Part shown: in pieces, positions 13,405 through 26,609 of the stretch
Position numbering within the stretch: the stretch's first letter is position 1
Layout: each line of letters starts with the position of its first letter
Source: Sphyrna mokarran
Lineage: Eukaryota
Direction: 5' to 3'
Length of the DNA stretch: 64,000 nt
Assembly (NCBI GenBank): GCA_024679065.1
Contig: JAGIQG010000008.1
Coordinates: forward strand, 87,110,001-87,174,000
Program-made: the position numbers and the translations under genes
The notes under the pieces: generated by a model
What the model saw: only the letters and a program-made list of their open reading frames with translations
Database searches by the model: none
What the model was told of the DNA's origin: nothing

Positions 13405-16400
13405 GACAATATTTAGTCTTGGCCTAATGTGTGGCATGAATGATACTAGCCAGTTAAATGCCAGGCAGTGCCATCTCCAAGAAAGGAGAACCTAACCATG
13501 TCTCCTTGGCAATCAATGGCATTACCTTTGCTGAATCACCCACTGTCAATATCGTGGGTGTTACCATTGAACAGAAATTGAACAGGACCAGCCATATAAA
13601 TCTATGCTTAAAGAGCAAGGCAGAGTTGAGAATTCTATGGTAAGTAACACACCTCCTGATTCCCCTAAACCTGACTACATTCTACAAGGCATAAGTCAGG
13701 AGAAAGATAGAATTCTCTCCACTTGCGTGGATGAGGATAGCGCCAATAACACTAAGTTAGACAGTATCCAAGATAAAACAGGTCACTTGATTGGCAGCCA
13801 CCCATCATCTTCAATCTTCGCATTCTCTGCCACCAATGCACGTTGGCAGCAGTGTATATCTTTTACAAGATGCACTCCAGCAATTTAAGATTCTTCTGAC
13901 CATTCCTTCTAAACTCTGTCTCCACCATCTGGAATGGCATTGCATGGGAACATCAACTTCAGGTTCCTCCCCAAGCTACAAGATTTAGAGATATGTCACA
14001 GTTCCTTCACTGTCACTGGGTCAAAATTCTGGAATTCCTTCCCTCATAGCAACATGAGTGTTCTTATACCATGTGAACTGTAGCAGTTCAAGAAGTTCAT
14101 TATCACTTTCTTGAGGTCATTTACTGATGGTCCATTATTGCTGCTGCTTTGAGCGAGACCTGCATCCCATGAATATATTTTTAACAAGTTCCTGCTCACC
14201 TGAGAGAGATCGTGGAACGCCATCCATGTCTTAGTTCATTTATTCTTGTTAATATTGCATTGAAATAGCTACACTTGTTTTTACTTAAGCAGATCCAATG
14301 CAGTTTCATTTTGAGCTAGTATACTTGGTCACTGCCTTCACCCCCTCTTGATACTGTGTGCTTGGCCAGTTCTCTGGGCAGCAGCAGTCTGTATCTCTCA
14401 GCGACTGATGGTTTGCCACTTGTTGGAATGGTCCAGGTGGGAAGCCTTTCCCACAATGCATTTAAAAGATGTCACTGAGTTCATGATGCTCATAGCCTTG
14501 AGGGATATGCCAATGTTGAGTTGAATCTACTTCTTCACCTTATAGATGTAAATGAATTAACTCTCCTTCCTGGTTTCCTCTCGTTTCTTGCCCCCCTTGG
14601 ACACTGGCTTCTTAATTCAGATGGAACAAGCTATACTTGTTGCATCTGAATATAGCTACCTCAGTGCAGCTCATAATTATATGTACGTAATAACGGGCAC
14701 TGATGTCAAATGTAATATGCGTTTATTCTGTTTTTAAAATGAGCATTTGTATTGGGCTCCTTGCAACTTCTCCAAACATTTGACAAAGACAGGTAGCTGT
14801 AACCATATCCTATGAGGCTTTGTAATAACGTCAGGAATTTAACACTTGAAATATAAAAGATATAATAGCAACATTTGTTTAACCTACAACAGGATTATAT
14901 GTTAATTAAACTATTGGTATAAAGTTTTGATTGTTTATTCCACTGAGGGAGGCTATTTGATGAGTTTAATTTTCAGAGTGACTGATCACAGCCAAATTTG
15001 CCTGCATAACAAGTATGCTTCAAAAATAATTCACTAGCAATATGTTTTGGGTGTTCACAAATGACATGATAAGGTGCTTAAGATCTTTGTTCTGTTCTAC
15101 TTCCATTTCCTAGCTGAAATTATTTTCATTCCCTAGCTCTGAAGCAGCCATGATACTAAAACACCTCAATGCACAAAGTGAATTAATTTTTTAGACTAAG
15201 AAGCCACCAGGTTCCTTCACTGAATTGCTATTTTTCAGATCACTCGCTTACAGTACAACTTTGTGAGGTCACAAGATTATAGTGCTACAAATTATTTAAG
15301 TCTGCAGTGTGTTAAACAGCAGTTATTCAATTTCCTTCTTTTCAAAAAAGAACATGTCCATCAGCTAATAGCCTGCAAAGCAATTCTAACTATTTGCTCA
15401 TATGTTAGAGTGCAGTCTGGGAACAATGCCATTGAACAAAGCCAATCAATTTCAAATCTGTCCAAAATCAAAGTTGTTTGCAGCCAAACCGGTGATGTTT
15501 TGAATAGTTTAATTTTAAAATTATCTGAATATAGCTTAAATTTCTTTTTTCAGAGTTGGTATCTTTTTTTAAAAAAATACTGACTTGGATAATACATTGC
15601 AAATAAAATTGTTTCAGCTACTTCCTCATTCCTCAGATTATAAAGGCATAGCTAATTAAGAATACATGATTAGTATGAATTGCTCTAAATAATGTCTAAT
15701 CTTAAGACCCAAGAAACTAAATTTGTAGAACATTTTGAGCTTAAATGCAAACTGTTATTAATACTTGCTATTCCAGTTCTTCCCCATTCAAATGCTGAGC
15801 TTTTTTGCATGCTTCTGTTGATGGCTGTAAAGTATTTTTTCAATTTATTTATATAGTATTGATGCATATTTAGGTTGTTTTTGGGAGAATTTCCAAGGTA
15901 CAGAATTATCTGTAAAGTTTTCTTGTTTTAGCATTTCCAGCAGCAGGCAGTTAAGTCAGTATTAATAGGTATATTTTGTAGTTAATGGGTGTAGAACCAT
16001 GAGCAACAATTTACACATAGCAGTTAAGTGTTAGTGGGATTTCCAAGCCTGGTTATGAACAAGGCACAAACTAGGATGCTTTGGTGGGGACTGTTTATTG
16101 CTTGTCATACAGCTTACTTCATCACTCTAATCCCAGACACCCAGCATTGGTTGCCTCTTTTTATACACATCTTGAGTATAATTAACCACTCAGTACCTAT
16201 ACACCTGATTCCCTTAAACTATTAGATATATTACCTCTAGAAGAAACTAATACTTTCTTTAAATTTTGACATGCATGCAGAAACAATACATAATGATAAT
16301 TCATGTTATTTCCTTGTCAACTTTAACATGCTCCATATTCTCCCACCCCTGCATCTTGCAAACAAAGAAAATTTATAATGTTATTACATGAAAAATTGCA

Positions 16401-16419
16401 TGTTCTTTATAACCCATTA

Positions 16420-16717
16420 GGGCACAAAGCATTCATCTCGAGCATATTCAACAATTTCTTAGGATAAGTAGTTCTTTTTGAGAAACAACTTACCATCAAT
16501 TTGCACTGATCCATTTTAGTTTTGAAATCTTCCTTTTCAATATTTCTGTCACACTCTCAAGATCAATCTGAATCTCTTTTCTGCAGTACTTCGTTAAATG
16601 GACATTGTCTCCCAGCGAATGGTTATGTAGCAGGAAATTCTGTTGGCACATTTTCCCCCCATTTGTCTGTTTATATAGTTCCTTAAAAATACTTTGAAGA
16701 TAGTGGACAATAGACAA
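16420..16717 (-). mobile_element. Ty1/Copia LTR retrotransposon relic: RNase H C-terminus
   Basis: ORF 16496-16717 HNHSLGDNVHLTKYCRKEIQIDLESVTEILKRKISKLKWI fits the Copia RNase H pattern DN.SL..NV.STK....KRL.ID....KE.L....I..I.W. Confidence 0.7.
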
Positions 16718-19475
16718 GAATTTGCCAATGATGAATTCAGGAGTACAAGTGAAAATTGAATATTATAGCAATGTACAGAGTAATGGAAAGTCCTTTTAGC
16801 AATGTGACATGAGAAAAATCACTCTGGTTGTTAAACTGCTCCAAAAAATTTTTGCTGACTAAAACAAAACAGTTAGTTGACAACTGCTTTAGCAGGAGAA
16901 GGACATGCTTCAGTGGGTGGGGGGACGGGGTGGCAGTGGCATTCAATTTTTGCTGAACATGTAAGTGCCATGCGTACAAGAAAGAAAACGTTTATTAAGG
17001 TGGAGGTTTCAAAAAAAATCAGAGTTTTGTGATACTGAATCAGGTCATTAGAACTAATTTTAAACCCCCCAGGAACAAGGCGGATTATAATGGAGCAGGG
17101 AAAAAGAATGGAGAAGCTCAGGAACACTTACAGGCACTGATAACAAAGCAATACTCTTGAAACACAGTACTCACTGTTGCATTCCATAAGGCTTATTTGT
17201 AATTATAATTACACATTGACGGAACCCGAACAGGAAATTGAAGATGCACAATGAACTTCACACACCCATATCCTGGATCTGTACAAACAACAGATTGTGA
17301 CAGAGGAACTAGGGTGGCATGTGCCCTAGAAGGGGCGTCTGCGTATAGGGAAGCCACAATAGTAGAAAGATAGAAAAGTGAAATACAACAACTGGTTGAA
17401 TGTACAAGACAAAAAGCAGGATATTAAGCCTGTGGATTGCAGAACAAAGTAAAAATGCAAAAAGCCAGGAAGCGTTTAGTTTAATTTCAGACTGAGAGTC
17501 TACTGATGATCACAGCCCAAGGAAAATATCAAGAACTTGTGAAAGGAAATCTAGTCACAGGAGATCAAGTAGTAGAAGTCCAGATAGGTACAGCAGACGT
17601 AGTAGGGACACAAGCAAGAACCAAATAACGAGAGGAATGATGCAAGAAGTAGGAGCTCCTATCTTGGAGTCGCTGTAGTAGCTGTAAACAAGTTAGTCAG
17701 TAAATTGGTAAAGAAGGCAAAACAAAAGAATTCGAAGGTTATAGAGAAAGAGGATTACAGCATGGAAACAGGCCCTTCAGCTCAACTTGTCCAGGCTGCC
17801 CTTTTTTTAAACCCCTAAGCTAATCCCAGTTGCCCACATTTGTTCAATAGCTTTCTATATCCATCATACCTATGTAACTATCTAAATGCTTTTTAAAAGA
17901 TAAAATTGTATCCGTCTCTACTACCATCTCTGGCAGCTTGTTCCAGATACTCCATCCTCTGGACGTTTTGTATTTCTTCCCTCTCACCTTAAACCTACGT
18001 CCTTGAGTTTTAGACTCTCCTACATTTGGGGAAAAATATTGACTATCTACTTTGTATATGCCCTCATTTTATAGACCTCTGTAAGGTCATCCCTCAGCTT
18101 CCTATGCTCCAGAGAAAAAAATCCTAGTCTGTTCAGCCTCTCCTTATAACTCAATCCTCAAGTCCCAGCTGTATCCTAGTAAATCTTATCTGCACTCTTT
18201 CTAGTTTAATAAAATCCTTCCTATAATAGAATGACCAGAATTGCACACAGTATTCCAATTGTGGCCGTAGCAATGTCTTGTACAACTTCAACAAGACGTC
18301 CCAACTCCTGTATTCAATGTTCTGACAAATGAAACCAAGCATGCTGAATGCCTTCACCATTCTGTCCACCTGTGACTCCACTTTCAAGGAGCTATGAACG
18401 TGTACCCCTAGATCTTTGTTCTGTAACTCTTCTCAACATCCTACCATTAACTGAGCAACTCCTGCCCTGATTGAATCTACCAAAATTCATCACCCACATT
18501 TGTTTAAATTCCATCTGCCATTTGTTAGCTCACTGCCCCAAGTGATCAACATCCCATTGCAATTGAAGATAACTTTCTTCACTGTCCACTATGTCACCAA
18601 TCTTGGTGTCATATGCAAACTTACTAACCATGCTCTGTATATTCTCATCCAAATCATTAATATAAATGACAAATAACAATGGGCCCAGCACTGATCCCTG
18701 AGGTACATCAGTGGTCACAGCCTCCAGTTTGAAAAACAACTCCTTACAACCACCCTCTGGCTTCTGTCAAGCAGCCAATTTTGTATCCATTTAGAGATCT
18801 CATCCTGGATCCCATGAGATTTAACTTCATGGTATAACCTACCAAGCAGTATCTTGTCAAAGAGCTATTTTCTTAGAGTAAATGATAACTTCCTTGTGAA
18901 GGAATCTAGGATATCTGACAACTTTGTGATAGATAAAATTATAAAGGAATCCAAACTGGAAGTTGGGCTTCAGGAGCTTAAAAGTATACAGGGTTGGATA
19001 TTCGGCAATCAGACTAAGTTGGGAATTACCCTATTTCAACTTTCTCTATTTGTTAGTGAATCCCAATAAAAGAGGCCAGATCATCATAAAAGAAAAACTT
19101 TTATTATCAGGAAGAAGCAGATCAATTATGAAACCTAAATGGGCAATTAAACTAAACATACACAATCTGGATGGATGCACGTGATGATGCATTAGAACTG
19201 AGCACCATGCTGAAATGTGCTGTTGTTGGGAAAGTGCAAAAGGCAAATAAGACATTGGAGGATATTCTTAATTTCTCCAGACTTCCAGACCTCTGATCCA
19301 GAAGGGATAAAATTAGTTGTTTTCAGTGATGCCTCAAACATTTGCTTTCCTGATGGTTATTCGAGTGTATTTTTTGGGAAGAAATAATAAATGTTGTCTA
19401 TTAACCTGGGGATCAAGAAAAAAAATAGTGGTTACATATGTGTACAGTGGAGACACTTGAACTGGTTGAAGTGAC
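16718..19475 (+). mobile_element. Ty1/Copia relic: integrase core, RT and RNase H N-terminus (inverted segment, interrupted by CR1)
   Basis: EFANDEFR (16718), FAEHVSAMRTRKKTFIKVEVSKKIR (~16950), KYNNWLNVQD (~17385), RT VNDNFL..VIDKII (~18880), GQLN (~19140), RNase H KLVVFSDAS (~19310), ETLELVE (~19450); integrase-before-RT order is Copia type. Confidence 0.75.
17740..18860 (-). mobile_element. CR1 LINE 3' ~1.1 kb inserted into the Copia relic
   Basis: VPQGSVLGPLLFVIYINDLD..SKFAYDTKIG (18530-18739), LYKTLLRPQLEYCVQFW (18151-18387), 3' tail at ~17740-17790. Confidence 0.93.
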
Positions 19476-20080
19476 ATCATTATTTAAAATGTAAAACCCC
19501 AGAATTTGATGTAATCACAGCACTTGTTGAAGTTTCTTCCTCATGGAATACTTACTTTCTCCTTTACTTTTCAGAAGTATCACGTTTTTCATTCGTGTCT
19601 TCAACAATTCTGTGAATTCCTTATCCAGTACTCTGGAATCTTTTAACAGAATCTTCATCCCATTGGCCAAGGGATGTGCAAATTACCGATAAAGTTTGGT
19701 AGTAATTTGCTGCTTCTCCTCTATCCCCAGCTGCCATTAACACCTCTTTAACATTCTTTCTGGAGATGATAGGCCTTAAAGGAAAATGCAAATCTCAGAT
19801 CTACCTATTTCTTTATTGTGCTCCATAAGTAATTTCTTTCAGGCATTTTTCATTAAACTTACAGTAAATTTATTTCGCTCAATACCATATCAGTACTGAA
19901 AATTATTAATCTCTGCTACTTAAGCACAGGATTACTATCTTGTGCACTCTGTGCTGCTGCATTCTATTTTCCATCTTTATTGTCACTGCTGAAGATCCTG
20001 TTTGGACCTTGAAAGTGACTGGAAATGAATGTCTTTTAAGGTTTTTTGATTTGAACCAATAGTGAGCAGAAAAAGGACCC
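19476..20080 (-). mobile_element. Ty1/Copia relic: protease C-terminus, GAG-pre-integrase and integrase N-terminus
   Basis: Minus strand reads STDMVLSEI.LL, PLRPIISRKNVKEVLMA, TKLYR.FAHP..KILLKDS..DKEFTELL, RNFNK..LHF. Confidence 0.65.
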
Positions 20081-20257
20081 AGAGGCAATGGGCATCTTTA
20101 GAAGAGCAAGAGAGGAACTGCAGGGCCTTTGCGCAAGAGGAGTGGCAGAACCCATGGTGGCACAAGAAGTCAGTGCCACTCTTACAAATTTGAAACCAGC
20201 ACTGTACTTTGAATTTCAGGGAGTTGAATCCTGTGGGAAGGAGAATATGTGTGCTTG

Positions 20258-21050
20258 TATAGAATCATAAAGTGCAGAAGAGGCCTTTCAGTTCATTGAG
20301 TCAGAACTGATGTATGAGAAACACCCGAGCTCCAGCCTTATCCCATTTACCAGTACTTGGCACATAACATACTTGGCATTCATTGCCTTAAGTCTTCCAG
20401 GTACCTTTTAAATGATATGAGGCAACCTGCCTCCACCACCCTCCCAGGCAGCCATCAGACTGTCACTAATCTCTGGGTAACAACGTTTTTCCTCATATCC
20501 CCCCCAAACCTCCTGCTCTTCATCTTGAACCTACATCTCTTCGTGACTGACCCTTCAACTAGAGGGATCAGCTGTTTATTACTTACTGTGCCCCTCATAA
20601 TCTTGTACACTTTGATCACGTTGCCCATCAGTCTTCTCTGAAACAAAAACAACATGTCTATCCAACTCTTTTGCTAACTTGAATGTTCCAGTCCAGAATC
20701 TCCTCTGTATCGCTTCCAATGCAATGACATTCTTCCTATAATGTTACAACCAGTATTGCACACAGTAATCTAGCTGTGGCTATACCAAAGTTCTATACAA
20801 CTTCAACATGATTTCCCTGTTTTTTTAATCTATGCCTCAGATGTTAAGGCAAATGTCCCATGCACTTTTTGCACCATCCTACGCACATGCCCTTCCATTT
20901 TCAGAGATCTGTGGACAAAGATGCTGTGGCCTCTTTGTTCAACAGAACTTCCTAATGTCACGCCTTTCATTGAATACTTCCTTGTCAAATTATTCCTTCC
21001 ATACGTCCTGCATGCATACAGTGGAGCCCATGCTTTGATGTCCCCAATCA
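20258..21050 (-). mobile_element. CR1 LINE 3' fragment
   Basis: RRLMGNVIKVYKIMRG..FKMKSRRFGGDMRKNVVTQRLV (20455-20655); tail tagaatcataaagtgcagaagaggcc. Confidence 0.88.
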
Positions 21051-21054
21051 TCTT

Positions 21055-23578
21055 GGATCTCCTTGTCACTGGACCAAGGCCTTGATCTGTCAAGCCACTG
21101 TAGTAGCTGGTGAGCTGGTCACCCAATGTTAAAAGAACTGTGCATTGGCATTTTTCTCCCTTTAAAATGAAGTTTAGGACTTGTAATGTCAGGATCCTTG
21201 TGGACAATCTCAACAATGAGAGAAATTGGAATGACTGAATACTATTATTGCCTGGGAATACAGGTGTTTTAACCTAGACATTGTTGCCCTAATTGAGACC
21301 AGGCAGACAGGGAAGCTCCCTTAGAGGACAAGGTGGTTATGTCTTCTTGTGGAAAGGTAAACCAGAAGATCATCGCCACCTCCACAGGGTTGGGTTTGTC
21401 TTACAAAAACAAAGTGGTTGTCTGTCTCATACTCCCATTGCAGTATAAATGAATGTCTCATGAGCCTCCGGCTAACCCTGGCCCATAATCAGTGTGCCAC
21501 AGTCCTCGGTACGTTCACTCCTGCGCTAGAAACAGCAGATGTGTCCAAAGAGGATTTTACTCCTACTCCAAGCAATCCTTGGCCTGAGTCTAAACAGGCA
21601 ACGAACTGATCCTTCTCAGTCATTTTAATGCTAGAATTGTGAAGTACTCAGAGCCCTTGGGAGTTATAATTGTCAGCGAGGAGTAGAGATTTCCAACAGC
21701 AGTAGTAGTGTCCCCAACAAAATACCTAGAATACAGTCTTATCATAGTTAACAGCTTGTTCCATCCATGACAAGTACAAGGCCTCGACAATACAGGTTCA
21801 AACCAGCTCAGCCATGTCACCTTCAAGGGACCACAATGTCGTATATATCACCTTTGCCATGATGAGCCAATGATTGCTGAATGGTCCACTATCTAATCCA
21901 CTCTGATCAACATCAATGTAGCTCCAAAGCAGCAAAGGCAAAAGAAACAGTGCCGTAGGAAAATCAATGGTGAAGCACGCAGACACCCTGACAGAGTCTA
22001 TTCGCCCAGTGTTTCACTGTCAACTTTGCATCTCTGGGTTACAGGAGTTGTCGTGTCCACAGTAGCTGGTCTGTTCTCAAGGTCTGCATAATCATCACCT
22101 GCGAAGAAACACTTAATCATGCAACCAAGTAACACCAAGGCATTTGAAGGTTTAATGAGGTCCAGGAGCTGATGAGCCACAAGTACAAGGCTTTTCTGAA
22201 CCCGAAACAGCAGCCCAATGTGAGAGCAAAAAAAGCAGCTCTACAGACAACTGGGATCCAACAAAAATCCACAACCTAAAAAACAGGTGGTAGATGAAGA
22301 AAATGTAGGATATCCAACAATTAGCTGACAACCATGACACTCAGCGCAGTCAAGACCACCCACAGCCCAAACACCAAAGGCTCTAATCCACTGCTGGCTA
22401 AGAATGGAGAGGTACATTTCAAAAATAGAGGCAGTCAATGTTTGTCGGAAGGATTACTTTGAAGACCTCCCTAACAGACTATGTCCTTGACTTCATTCCA
22501 GAGCATGTTATGCATCACCATTGCAGCACAACCCAGTTTGGCAAAAGGTCATCTTAACAGCCAAAAAACAGCAAAGCACCAGGAGCAGATGGATTCTCTG
22601 CCAGGACGTGAAATCGCGGCTGACATGTATTATTGGTGAAAGTACATGATCAAATTTCCTTTATGTGGAAGTAGGGAGATCTCAGACACTAATCATGATT
22701 ATCTTCAAGAAAGGTGACAAGTCCAACCGCAGTAACTACAAAAGAATTTCCTTTCTGTTGGCCACAGGGAGGTCATCAGAAGAATCATTCCCTGTAGCTG
22801 AAGAGTTTCTATGAGTCATAATGCAGATTCCAAGCAGTAGGAGCATCACAGACATGATGGTCACTGTGCAGCAACTATAAAAGGCATCAACTCTTGTATT
22901 GTCAAACCTGATGAGTTTTGGAGCAATCTCTTTCGTCTTAACAGTCCCCTCACCATTTTCTGCATGTTGCATGATCATATGTCAGCCATGATTCTGATTG
23001 AAGGGCTCTACCACTGACTCATTCACATTCTAACTTGGGTCAGTCAAGACTATCATTGCACTGAAGCTTTTCTCAATCTTTCTTGCTGCAATACTCCATC
23101 TGGTTCTGAGCACACTCGTCACTGGAGTAAAACTAAACTACAGAACAAAAGGGAATCTGTTCAACCTCTACCACCTGCAAATCAAATCCAAGATTGTCCC
23201 AACTGGAGTCATCATCAACACCCTCCTAGACTGTACAAGATAATGGGCCTTACACAAAACATCTGTAAGACAAAATTCCTTTACAAACTCCTGCTTTCCC
23301 TGCACCTGATTATTGAAATCCATGACAAAGTCTTGGATAACATGGAACACTTTTTTCATACCTTGGCAGCCTACTGTGAACAAAAGCCGATATCAACAGT
23401 GAGATCAGCACTATCTTCAATGTGCCAGCACAGCAGTTGGCCACCTGAGGAAGAACATTTTTGAAAACTAGGACCTCAGATCCAGCACCAACCTCATGGT
23501 CTACAAAGCAGTAGTGGCACCAACTGTCCTACATGGCTCAAAGACATGGACTATATACAACAGGCACCTAAGGACACT
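21055..23578 (+). mobile_element. RTE-clade LINE, decayed, internally deleted
   Basis: Endonuclease KFRTCNVRILVDN..DIVALIETR..GYVFLWKGKPE..LHRVGF (21170-21410); RT KNSKAPGADG (~22565), IFKKGDKS..NYKRISFL (~22700), VYKAVV.PTVLHG (~23500). Confidence 0.85.
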
Positions 23579-23579
23579 T

Positions 23580-23770
23580 TGTTTAGCTCAGTTGGCTGAA
23601 TTGCTGGTACATGATGTGGAGTGATGCCTACAGCACTGCATTCTGTACTGGCTGAGATTATTCATGAACTCCTGCCTTCTCACACTTATCCCTTTCTTGA
23701 GGTGTGGTTAAATCACTGCCTGTGTTAAAGAGTAACCTACGTCCCAGCAAATCCATAGAATATTATTTTA
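23580..23770 (+). mobile_element. tRNA-derived SINE (tagctcagttggctg head)
   Basis: A-box-like tagctcagttgg; body matches the reverse-strand copy at 63350-63655; detached tail-like piece at ~24130-24190. Confidence 0.7.
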
Positions 23771-24199
23771 TTTTGTGCTTACGGTGGCCATTGGGAGTGA
23801 TCAAAAGGATATGCTCAAAGTAGTTCTGTTACAACCATCTTTCATACAGATCTAATCATAAGAATATATTCCATTCTGTAGAGATCTAATCACATTCCTC
23901 AATACAATAGATTTCCTACCTTGTTTACCAAATAGGTCTTTACCAAAATAAAATTACATCCATAATTAGATCATTCATGTGATTTTAGCTTGCTTCTAGA
24001 GCAAGGAAGAATGCATACAAAGGCATTCTTTGTCTGCCTTTGTTTTATTAGATGCATGCTATTCTTTGTAACTAAGTCACGCTAACCCATGTTTTCTGAG
24101 AGAACCATTTATTTATATTCTAATTTCTCACCAGTCAGTTCTCCTCCTTAAAGGGGAGATCAGCCTATGGTCATTTGGAACTATGACTGTTTTAGATCC

Positions 24200-25340
24200 T
24201 AACATTGAGACCTATTTGAATTCTGGTCAATTTTATTGATGTTGGCTCTGTCTAATCTCATCATAATTTTCCAAGTGCCCAGTTATATGTTCTTGAATAG
24301 TTGGAAAAATGCTAGAAACTAATGTCAGGATATGATGTCTGTAGTTCTGTTTTCACTCTCCCTCCTTTCTTAAATTGTGGGATTACATTTGCTACCTTCC
24401 AATCAGCAGGTACGGTTCCAGAATGCGAGACATTGAAAAATGGTCACCAGTGCATCCACCATAGCCATCTCTTTCAACATTTGGATTTAGATCATCAGCT
24501 CCAGGAGGTTTATCTACTGACAGTCCCAATAATTTTTCTTTACTGATGTTTCTTTCAGGTCCTCGATTTCATTTGTTCTTCAGCTCCCTGATATTTTGGC
24601 AAGGTTTTTTTTAGCTTCATTCATGAAGACCAAGGCAAAATATTGGTTCAGTTTCTATTATTTCCTTAAATTCTCTGGTCTCTGCCTGTAATGGGTTCAA
24701 GTTGTATTTAATCTTTTTTTTACATATGTACAGAAACTTTTACAGTCATTTTTATATTCTTCACTAGTTTACTTCATGTTCTATTTTCTCTTTCTTTATC
24801 AATTTCTTGGTGGTTCTTTGCTGAATTTTAAAATGTTTTCAATTCTCAGGCTTATTGGGTTTTTTTGCAAATTTATGTTTTTTCTTTTGATCTAATTGAA
24901 CCCTTGATTTATTTTGTTAGCCATAGTTGGATCACTTTTCCAGCCAATATCTTGTATCTTAAAGGATTGCAAATTTGTTGCAAAGCATGCATTGTTCTTT
25001 GAAAGTTATCCGTTGCCTGAATATCACCACCCCTTTTAATGTAGCCCCCCAATCTACCATAGCCAACTTGCCCTTCATATCACAGTAACTAGATTGAAGT
25101 ACATCACTTTCCAATTTGACTTAACATTTCACCATATTATGGTCACTCTTTTCTAAAGGCTCCTTTCCAATGAGGTTAATTAGCCTTTTCTCATTGCACA
25201 ATATTAGATTTAAAATGGTCAGTGCTTTAGTTAGACCCTGGATATATTGTTCCAGAAAACAGTGCATATACATTCCAGGATTAGTCCACTGCTGCATTAA
25301 TGCTGCTTAGGTTTACCCAGCCTACATCAACATTGAAGTT
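24200..25340 (-). mobile_element. CR1 LINE ORF2 internal fragments
   Basis: ctccctcctttcttaaattgtgggattacatttgctaccttccaatc (reverse strand DWKVANVIPQFKKGG, ~24355-24410) and upstream linker/endonuclease remnants. Confidence 0.75.
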
Positions 25341-26347
25341 GCAAATCTGAAGAGATTGAGATAAAGAATAATTTTGCTCTTTAAGAAAAAGAGGATTGGA
25401 TTGAAACATATTGTAATCTTTGGTTTCAGATTTGCTGTTGGGCAAGTGTAATAATGGCGCATACTACCTTCTCCATGGGGATAAGCATTATCCTTGACTT
25501 CTCCTGTTAGATGCTGCTGCCTCTAGCTGTGTGCCACTTTGTCTTGTGCGACAAAGGGAACTGTGTTTGAATGATATCCCTGTCTTTGGTTTGAATTCTG
25601 ATCAGTAGAAACTGTTCTTAGATGGGCATTGAACATTCTGTGACCTTGACTATTCATGGGGACACCATTGAATCTTCTGCAGCATTGCATCGAGATCTGC
25701 ACGGTTTGACTCCTGGCATTGGCCACTGCAGCTATTGAGTTACACTGCCTTTTAAGAATTTGACTGATTATCTTATAGTCTGCTGTAGATACAGCACATT
25801 TCTCTTCTCCTTGACCAAGGTTCTAGTGAAGAGTGAGGAAATTTTAGAGCCCATTCACTTTCCTATGTTCTGCTATTATATCTTTCTCAATGACAAAATG
25901 AGTTGCACAATGATTTTTATTGTTTGCTGCAGCCACAATAAACACCCTCTTTACAAGATGAAGACTGGCCATAAGTGGTGCTTGCACCACAATTTTGGGC
26001 TATCTACTGAGATGTGCAGACAGTCAACAGCACTGATTGCACTACTGAAATCATATTACTCAGCAGGCATATCAAAATGAATATAATGTTAGCATTGAAG
26101 TAAATGGCCTGGGTTAATCCTGCATCATAATGACTGGCTATTTTCAGGGGCTATTGAATTTAACTCCCACATACATAATAGAAATTGTCAAGTTAACAAG
26201 GAGAAAACTGAAAAAAAAATCCAATGCTATTAGAAAACTTGATACTGAACATTGTGAATCAGCATCACTGATCAAGGCCAGCAGTGAACTATACAGTAAA
26301 AATGTGGTCTGCTTGCCTTTATTTATTAGTTCACATGGAGGCTTCCA

Positions 26348-26609
26348 TTAATACTGCAATGAGGTTACTATGAAAATTTCCTGGTCACCACGCTCTAGCG
26401 CCTGTTCAGGTACACTGAGGAACAATTTTAGCATAGCCAACACACCTAATTGGCACGTCCTTTCAGATTGTGAAGGGAAACAGGAGCATCCAAAGGAAAC
26501 ACACACAGACACTGGGAGAATGTGCAGACTCCGCACAGACAATGACCCAAGGTGGTAACTGAACCTGAGCCCGTGGCGCTGTGAGGCAGCAGTGATAACC
26601 ATTGAGCCA
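26348..26609 (-). mobile_element. V-SINE (HE1/MER6-type)
   Basis: Reverse strand: tRNA head (tggttatcactgctgcctcacagcgcc..caggttcag), V-domain (gagtctgcacattctcccagtgtctgtgtgtgtttcc), MER6-like tail. Confidence 0.88.

Larger units (their letters stand above)
8880..14175 (+). mobile_element. CR1-group LINE (family B), decayed ORF2, interrupted by two insertions
   Basis: Endonuclease motif (AQNVLWLGDFKAHHQKW, ~9025-9075), PWFNEE (~9445), RT motifs (VLDIKAAFDLV ~10240; FINNLPSII..GMLADD ~10450-10505); resumes after 13405 and runs to a 3' tail at ~14170. Confidence 0.9.

Noticed and set aside
16489-16717. Minus-strand donor-like motif (cttacc) beside a 73-aa ORF
   Set aside because: Better explained as the Copia RNase H C-terminus
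23580-23660. tRNA-like sequences here and at 49817, 34456, 26540 and 56700
   Set aside because: They are SINE or LINE heads continuing into repeat bodies, with no intact cloverleaf
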